NCBI GenBank assembly: GCA_043821645.1
Contig: JBDRCO010000052.1
Span: 1 to 64,000 of the forward strand
Reading direction: 5' to 3'
DNA: 64,000 nt
From: Pseudomonadota bacterium
Lineage (GTDB): Bacteria > Myxococcota > JACRCW01 > JAFGSX01
In this document: positions 58,318-64,000 of the stretch, piece after piece
Layout of the letters: every line of letters begins with the position of its first letter
Position numbering within the stretch: the stretch's first letter is position 1
Notes under the pieces: generated by a model
Seen by the model: only the letters and a program-made list of their open reading frames with translations
Database searches by the model: none
What the model was told of the DNA's origin: nothing
Position numbers and translations under genes: made by a program

Positions 58318-58330
58318 GCCGCACCCCTGT

Positions 58331-59554
58331 TCAAGGGGAGGTGCCGTGGCCGGCTGCTCCGCTCGCTGGCCGCGGCCCGGAGGGCGGAAGCGGCAGGGCG
58401 CCGCGCAGCTTGTCCAGCCAACCTCTCATGGCGCCACCGAGGTCGGGGAGCACGGGAGCCGCCGCGCTGCCAGGCGCACCTGCATCGAGTCCAAACATCT
58501 GCAGCACACCGCCGAGGGCGAGAGCCGAGGCCAGCGCCACGGCCGTCATCGCCAGCGCATTGGGCTGCTCGAGATCCCGCGCCAGCCGCGCCAGGTCCGC
58601 GGGCCTGGCCACCGACCGGGCACGGAGCAGGTGCTCGTCGCGCGTCAGTTGCATGCTCGTCGCGAGCGCACGCAGGTGCTCGGGCAGTGCGGCCCCCGCG
58701 CCTCCCTGCAGGTTCTTGCCCAGGCTCCGGCTGCGAAGTTCCAGGGCATCCAGACCCGCCGGGCTCGACGGCCCCAGGACCAGCTCGACACGGAGGTCCT
58801 GTTCTCCCTCCGCGTCCAGCGTCAAGGCCGCGGCCTCGAGCCTGTCCGCGTCACCCGTGGCGATCTCGCCCAGGGAGGCCTGTCCCGCGGGGTTCACACG
58901 CATGGCCAGTGCAGCGTGCCGCCGCCCCACGCGATCCAGCCACCGCTCCCAGACCTCCGAGGCCTCGAGGTTTCCGCTGCCGTCGCGCGCTCGTTCCAGG
59001 GCCCGTCGCACGTCGGTCTCGGTGCCCTGCAGCAGCACCGAGCGGCCGACCACTGCCACGGCTTCTCGCGAGGCGCCGTGGACCAGGATGAGCGGGCCTT
59101 CGGCGTCGCCCTGCGGGGTGTAGCCCCGGGGCTCGAGGGCAGCGCGCACCCGCGCGGGAATGAAACGACCGCGGGTGACCACCAGGGGAACCGTGCTGCC
59201 GCGAGCCTGCAGCCACATCACCTGCAACACATCCCGCCGCGGATTCACGTCGAGGGCCGCTGCCACCGCATCGACCCTCTTCTGCAGGGCGCCACCACTG
59301 AACACCGGTGCCAGGCGGGACGCCTGGGGTCGGCACAGGTCCAGTAAAACCAGCACCCGGGCGTCCTCCGGAGCGTATTCGATCAGAGGCGTGCCAAAGG
59401 GCCACAGACGCCACCACAGATAGCGCGCACCCAGCCCCAGATGGCCCGTGTAGGTGGCGCCGGCAAGGATCAGCACGAGACCCAGGGTGAACCAGCGCAG
59501 CACCGGCCGAAACGGCAGGGTGAGCAGACGGACGGCGAAGGAACGCTGTGCCAC
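58331..59554 (-). CDS. Hypothetical membrane-anchored protein
   Basis: GGAGG RBS 6 nt before GTG; N-terminal TM and a C-terminal hydrophobic segment. Confidence 0.6.
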   Translation of the reverse strand: MAQRSFAVRLLTLPFRPVLRWFTLGLVLILAGATYTGHLGLGARYLWWRLWPFGTPLIEYAPEDARVLVLLDLCRPQASRLAPVFSGGALQKRVDAVAAALDVNPRRDVLQVMWLQARGSTVPLVVTRGRFIPARVRAALEPRGYTPQGDAEGPLILVHGASREAVAVVGRSVLLQGTETDVRRALERARDGSGNLEASEVWERWLDRVGRRHAALAMRVNPAGQASLGEIATGDADRLEAAALTLDAEGEQDLRVELVLGPSSPAGLDALELRSRSLGKNLQGGAGAALPEHLRALATSMQLTRDEHLLRARSVARPADLARLARDLEQPNALAMTAVALASALALGGVLQMFGLDAGAPGSAAAPVLPDLGGAMRGWLDKLRGALPLPPSGPRPASGAAGHGTSP

Positions 59555-59659
59555 GGTACACCTCCGGCAACGCGGGCGGATAATCCCACACCCTGGCAAC
59601 GCATGCATCCTTCGTACGATCTGCGCTCGTCCTCGACGGAATCAAGGCCCCGGGCAGTC

Positions 59660-59688
59660 TTGACGCCCGCAATTCGACAGCATAGGTT
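59660..59688 (+). promoter_or_regulatory. Putative sigma70 promoter for the skp-lpx operon
   Basis: TTGACG-N17-TAGGTT, about 90 nt upstream of skp. Confidence 0.55.
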
Positions 59689-59778
59689 CAGCGCGCCGCG
59701 CTCGATGGTGAAGACGGGCGTGAACAAGTTGCGACGCTGCTGCGTCCCCTGCACAACACGATTTTGCCTGGAGAGAGC

Positions 59779-60348
59779 ATGACACCCCGACACCTCGCGC
59801 TCGTCCTGGCCAGCCTGATGCTGGGCCAGCTCGCCTGGGCCCAGACACCCAAGATCGCCACGGTCGACATGATGCGTGCCTTCACCGAGGTCGAAGAAGG
59901 GCGCAAGGGTCTCAAGGACCTTGAAAAGTTCAAGGATGACAAACAGCGCATGCTGGACGAGAAGCAGAACACCCTCAAGGCTGCCAAGGAGGACCTGGAT
60001 CGCCAGGGCATGCTGATCAAGCCAGAGGTCAAGCAGCAGAAGCTCGAGGATCTGCAGCGGCAGCTGGTCGAGACGCAGCAGGTGTTCATGAACATGCAGC
60101 AGGAGTTGAGCAAGAAGGAGATGGAGTTCAAGGTCTCGATCTCCCGCAAGCTGCAGGTGGTGATCCAGGAGATCGCCGAGCGGGAGGGCTACACCCTCGT
60201 GCTCGACTCGACCATGGGTGGGCCCGTGATCTACGGCCGTGCCGCGGACGACATCACCAGCGAGGTGATCCGCGCCTTCAACAAGCGCAACGTGGCCCCA
60301 ACGGCCAAACCCAAGAAGAAGGCCGACAAGGCCGCGGAGGGTCAGTGA
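59779..60348 (+). CDS. skp: OmpH/Skp periplasmic chaperone
   Basis: Signal peptide, KIATVD, coiled coil, IA..EGY.LVLD and DIT..VI. Confidence 0.9.
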   Translation: MTPRHLALVLASLMLGQLAWAQTPKIATVDMMRAFTEVEEGRKGLKDLEKFKDDKQRMLDEKQNTLKAAKEDLDRQGMLIKPEVKQQKLEDLQRQLVETQQVFMNMQQELSKKEMEFKVSISRKLQVVIQEIAEREGYTLVLDSTMGGPVIYGRAADDITSEVIRAFNKRNVAPTAKPKKKADKAAEGQ

Positions 60349-60403
60349 GGCACGCCGAGCTGCGTGTGCCACTGCTGCCGGACCGGGAGAGGGGACGGAT
60401 CGC

Positions 60404-61489
60404 ATGAGGCTGGGTGATATCGCCAGCGCCCTCGGAGGTCGCCTGCTCGGTGACGCCGAGGTGGACATCGAGCGCGCCGCCAGCCTGGAAAGCGCCGACG
60501 CCCACTGCCTGGCCATCCTGGCCAATCCCCGCTATCGCGCGCGCGCCATGCAGACGCGAGCCGCTGCCCTGGTCATGAGCGAGAGCATGGCCGCGGATCA
60601 CGCGCACGAGTTTCCCTGTCCGGTCATCGCCGTGACCAATCCCCTGCTCGCCATGGCCGAGGCCGTGCGCCTGCTGTGGAGCCCGCCGCAGCGCGAGATC
60701 GGGATCAGTGAGCTGGCCTACGTGCATCCCGAGGCCGAGCTCGGCGACAACGTGGCCATCATGCCCTTTGCCCACGTCGGGCGGGCGCGCATAGGCGCCG
60801 GAAGCCGGATCTTTCCCTACGCTTTTGTCGACGACGAGGTGGTCCTGGGGTCTGGATGCGAGATCCGGCCTGGCTGTGTGCTCATGTACGGCACGCGACT
60901 GGGCGATCGGGTGATCCTGCAGCCAGGGGCGGTGCTCGGGGCCGACGGCTTTGGCTACGCTTCCGACGGTGTGCACCACGCCAAGATTCCGCAGATCGGT
61001 CACGTCGAGATCGGTGACGACGTCGAGATAGGCGCCCTGACGGCCATCGATCGCGGCAGCATGGATCCCACCCGGGTTGGCCGCGGCAGCAAGTTCGACA
61101 ACCTGGTGCAGATCGGTCACAACGTGCAGATCGGCCAGGATGTGATCCTGGTGTCCCAGGTTGGCATCGCGGGCTCGACCACGGTCAAGGACCGCGCGGT
61201 GATCGCGGGCAAGGTCGGGATCAAGGACCACGTGACCATCGGCGAGGACGCGCGCATCGGCGCATTCTCGGCGGTGGGCACGGACATTCCCGACCAGGGT
61301 GCGTACTCGGGAATCCCTGCCATGCCGCACGGCGCGTGGTTGCGCATCGCCCTGCACCTGAAGAATCTCGAGAAGACCGTGCGTCGCCTGCGCGAGGTCG
61401 AGCGACGGCTCGATCGAATGGAGGCGCAGGGCGGCGACAGCCTGGAAACGGGCTCGCCGGTGCCGCCCGCGGAGGTGTTGACACCATGA
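60404..61489 (+). CDS. lpxD: UDP-3-O-(3-hydroxyacyl)glucosamine N-acyltransferase
   Basis: Hexapeptide repeats; GADGFGY, KIPQIG, IDRG and DNLVQIGHN. Confidence 0.95.
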   Translation: MRLGDIASALGGRLLGDAEVDIERAASLESADAHCLAILANPRYRARAMQTRAAALVMSESMAADHAHEFPCPVIAVTNPLLAMAEAVRLLWSPPQREIGISELAYVHPEAELGDNVAIMPFAHVGRARIGAGSRIFPYAFVDDEVVLGSGCEIRPGCVLMYGTRLGDRVILQPGAVLGADGFGYASDGVHHAKIPQIGHVEIGDDVEIGALTAIDRGSMDPTRVGRGSKFDNLVQIGHNVQIGQDVILVSQVGIAGSTTVKDRAVIAGKVGIKDHVTIGEDARIGAFSAVGTDIPDQGAYSGIPAMPHGAWLRIALHLKNLEKTVRRLREVERRLDRMEAQGGDSLETGSPVPPAEVLTP

Positions 61490-62307
61490 CCACCATTCAT
61501 GCCACTGCCATCGTCGACAGTGGCGCCGAGATAGACCCCAGCGCCGAGATCGGCCCCTACTGCGTCATCGGGCCTCACGTGAAGATCGGTGCCGGCTGCC
61601 GCATCGGTCCTCACGCCGTGGTCCGCGGCTACACCACCCTGGGCACGGGTGTTCGCGTGTTCCAGTTCGCGTCGGTGGGCGAGGACCCTCAGGACCTCAA
61701 GTTCAAGGGAGAGGCCGGTCGGCTGGAGGTGGGGGAACGCACCGTGATCCGCGAGGGCGCGACCCTGCACGTGGGGACGGTCGACGGCGGATTGCTCACC
61801 CGGGTCGGCTCGGGCTGTCTGTTCATGGCGTACTCCCACGTGGCGCACGACTGCATTGTCGGTAACAACATCATCATGGCCAACTGCTCGGCCCTGGCGG
61901 GTCACGTCACCGTCGAGGACAACGCGATCTTCAGCGGCCACGTCGGTGTGCACCAGTTCACCCGCGTCGGCATGCACGCCATGGTGTCGGCCGGCGGCGT
62001 GGTGACCAAGGACCTGGCGCCCTTCTGCGTGGCCCAGGGCGACCGTGCGGGGGTGGTGGGCATCAACGTCATAGGGCTCAGGCGCCACGGCTTCGATGCG
62101 GCGCGCATCCGCGCCATCAAGCAGGCTTTCCGGACCTTGTTTCGCGAGGGGCGCCAGCTCAGCGACGCCCTGGTCACCCTGGAACGCGACCTGGCACCCA
62201 GCTCTGCCGACGTTGCCCACATGATCGCCTTCGCGCGAGGCACCAAGCGTGGTCTGTGCTCGGCCCGCCATCGCCACGGCTCCGATGACGAGAGCGTCGA
62301 CGCATAA
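61486..62307 (+). CDS. lpxA: Acyl-ACP--UDP-N-acetylglucosamine O-acyltransferase
   Basis: IHATAIV, PQDLKFKGE, HVAHDC, LAGHV, HQF and N.IGL.R.GF. Confidence 0.95.
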   Translation: MTTIHATAIVDSGAEIDPSAEIGPYCVIGPHVKIGAGCRIGPHAVVRGYTTLGTGVRVFQFASVGEDPQDLKFKGEAGRLEVGERTVIREGATLHVGTVDGGLLTRVGSGCLFMAYSHVAHDCIVGNNIIMANCSALAGHVTVEDNAIFSGHVGVHQFTRVGMHAMVSAGGVVTKDLAPFCVAQGDRAGVVGINVIGLRRHGFDAARIRAIKQAFRTLFREGRQLSDALVTLERDLAPSSADVAHMIAFARGTKRGLCSARHRHGSDDESVDA

Positions 62308-63154
62308 CACCGCCCCCCTGGGGATCCTCGCCGGCAACGGCGTGCTACCGGGTATGGTGGCGCGGGGCGCGCGTGCCCTCGGGCGGCCCGTGGTGGTGGC
62401 CGGCCTCAAGGGCGAGGTGGATCTGGCCCTGCGCGACGAGGTGGAGCTGTTCCGCGAGGTGCCCATCGGCAGTCTGGGCGCGGTGCTCAAGACTTTTCAC
62501 GACGGCGGAGCGCGCGAGGCGGTGATGGTGGGCGGCGTGAGCAAGCGCCGCCTGTTCAGCCGCGTCCGCCCGGACCGGCTGGCCGCCAAGCTGCTACTGC
62601 GTCTGCGTCACTTCAAGGACGATCACGCCCTGCGCGCCCTGGCGGATCTCCTCGCCGAGCACGGCGTCCAGGTGGTGGACGCCAGCGCCTTCGTTCCCGA
62701 CGCGCTGGCCCCGGTGGGGGTGATGACCAGGCGCCAGCCCAGCGAGGGGGAGTGGCAGGACATCCGCTTCGGTTTCGATGTGTTGCGTGACCTGGCCCCC
62801 GTCGACGTCGGGCAAACCGTGGTGGTGCGCTCCGGCGTCATCCTGGCGGTCGAGGCCATCGAGGGAACGGATGCCTGTATCCGTCGTGGCGCCGAACTGG
62901 GCAAGGGGCGGTCCGTGATCACGCGCGGTGGCGCCGTGGTGTGCAAGCGGGTCAAGCCGCACCAGGACAGGCGCTTCGATCTTCCGGCGGTGGGGCCGCG
63001 CACCGTCGAGGTCTGTGCCGAGGTCGGCGTCCAGGTCCTGGCCGTGGAGGCGGGAGGCACCTTGATGCTCGACCGCGTCGCTCTGCAGCAGCAGGCAGAT
63101 CGGTCCCGGCTGACCCTGGTCGGCGTCGACGTCGGCGAGGGGGGAGCCGCATGA
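62285..63154 (+). CDS. lpxI: UDP-2,3-diacylglucosamine pyrophosphatase LpxI (DUF1009)
   Basis: GILAG.G.LP, DVGQTVVV, AVEAIEGTD and KP.QD.RFDLP.VG. Start is uncertain. Confidence 0.9.
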   Translation: MTRASTHNTAPLGILAGNGVLPGMVARGARALGRPVVVAGLKGEVDLALRDEVELFREVPIGSLGAVLKTFHDGGAREAVMVGGVSKRRLFSRVRPDRLAAKLLLRLRHFKDDHALRALADLLAEHGVQVVDASAFVPDALAPVGVMTRRQPSEGEWQDIRFGFDVLRDLAPVDVGQTVVVRSGVILAVEAIEGTDACIRRGAELGKGRSVITRGGAVVCKRVKPHQDRRFDLPAVGPRTVEVCAEVGVQVLAVEAGGTLMLDRVALQQQADRSRLTLVGVDVGEGGAA

Positions 63155-64000
63155 GCGAGATCGGGCCGACCTTTCTCATCGTGGCCTGCGAGGCCTCGGC
63201 GGACCTGCACGGAGCGCGCGTCATCGAGGCGGTTCGCCAGCGCTTGCCCGGGGCGCGCTTCGTCGGTGTCGGGGGAGACGCCTGCGAGGCCGCCGGCGCC
63301 ATCCTGGTGGCCCATGCCCGCGAGCTGGGTCTCATGGGCTTCAGTGATGTGATTTTCGCCCTGCCGCGGGTGCTGCGCATCCTGCGTCGCGTCGTCGACA
63401 CCGCCGAGGTCGAGCAAGTGAGCGCGGCCCTGCTCATCGATGCGCCGGACTTCAACCTGCGGGTGGCGCGCCGCCTGGCCCCCAGTGGTGTCCCGGTGGT
63501 CTACTTCATCAGCCCCAAGCTATGGGCCACCCGGCAGGGCCGCTCCGAGCTGGTCAAGCGCTTCGTGCGGCGCATGCTGGTGATCTTCCCCTTCGAGGTC
63601 GAGTTCTACCGTCAGCGCGGGGTCCAGGCCGAGTACGTGGGCAATCCCGTGGTCGAGCAAATGGCGGATCGCTATGACCGCGCGTCGGCTCGAGCCCTGC
63701 TCGGCGTCGGGCCCGACGAGAAGATGGTTGCGATGCTCCCCGGGAGCCGGCGGGGTGAGATCCGGCGCATCGCGCCGGCGCTGGGTGAGGCCGCGCGCGT
63801 GCTGCAGCAGGATGGCGTGCGCATCCTGGTGCCGCGCGCCCCCACTGTCGAGCGGGACCTGCTGGAGAAGGCCCTGGGCAACGCGCCCGTCGAGATCGTG
63901 GAGGGCAAGGCGCGCGAGGTGCTGGCGGCTGCGGACGCGGCGGCGGTGGCGGCGGGTACCGCGACCCTCGAGGCCGCCATGGTCGATGTGCCCACGGTCA
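63151..64000 (+). CDS. lpxB: Lipid-A-disaccharide synthase (partial, runs off the window)
   Basis: Translated by hand from ATG 63151: IVACEASADLHGA, IDAPDFNLRVA, YFISPKLWA, IFPFE, YVGNP, LPGSR..E and GTATLEAA. Confidence 0.93.
   Translation, partial: MSEIGPTFLIVACEASADLHGARVIEAVRQRLPGARFVGVGGDACEAAGAILVAHARELGLMGFSDVIFALPRVLRILRRVVDTAEVEQVSAALLIDAPDFNLRVARRLAPSGVPVVYFISPKLWATRQGRSELVKRFVRRMLVIFPFEVEFYRQRGVQAEYVGNPVVEQMADRYDRASARALLGVGPDEKMVAMLPGSRRGEIRRIAPALGEAARVLQQDGVRILVPRAPTVERDLLEKALGNAPVEIVEGKAREVLAAADAAAVAAGTATLEAAMVDVPTV

Overview
High-GC bacterial chromosomal window with about 50 densely packed genes. A MYXO-CTERM sorting tail, a PEGA/TPR protein, a DUF4388-type regulator, DAG-rich lipoprotein linkers and an ExeA-type ATPase point to a Myxococcota/deltaproteobacterial host (inference). 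Content is mostly housekeeping and envelope: Na+-pumping decarboxylase beta subunit, coaX, pcnB, a DEDD exonuclease, kdsD, CBS/CGL, elbB, a two-component pair, a B12 radical SAM enzyme, trkA/H, a divergent EF-G, thiolase, ALDH7 and skp-lpxD-lpxA-lpxI-lpxB, plus many large surface/TPR proteins. I found no rRNA, tRNA, CRISPR array, transposase or phage genes. The best leads are: (1) a UPF0237-type ACT protein with an unusual N-terminal extension resembling bacterial-microcompartment cargo modules, separated from its usual PFL-like (UPF0210/DUF711) partner; (2) a heavily base-paired ~230-nt leader ahead of a large TPR gene and the ExeA ATPase; (3) an EF-G paralog with degenerate GTPase motifs and a structured leader; (4) a B-box zinc-finger membrane protein translationally coupled to a rhomboid protease. 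All calls come from reading motifs by eye; no database searches were run, and start codons are best guesses.
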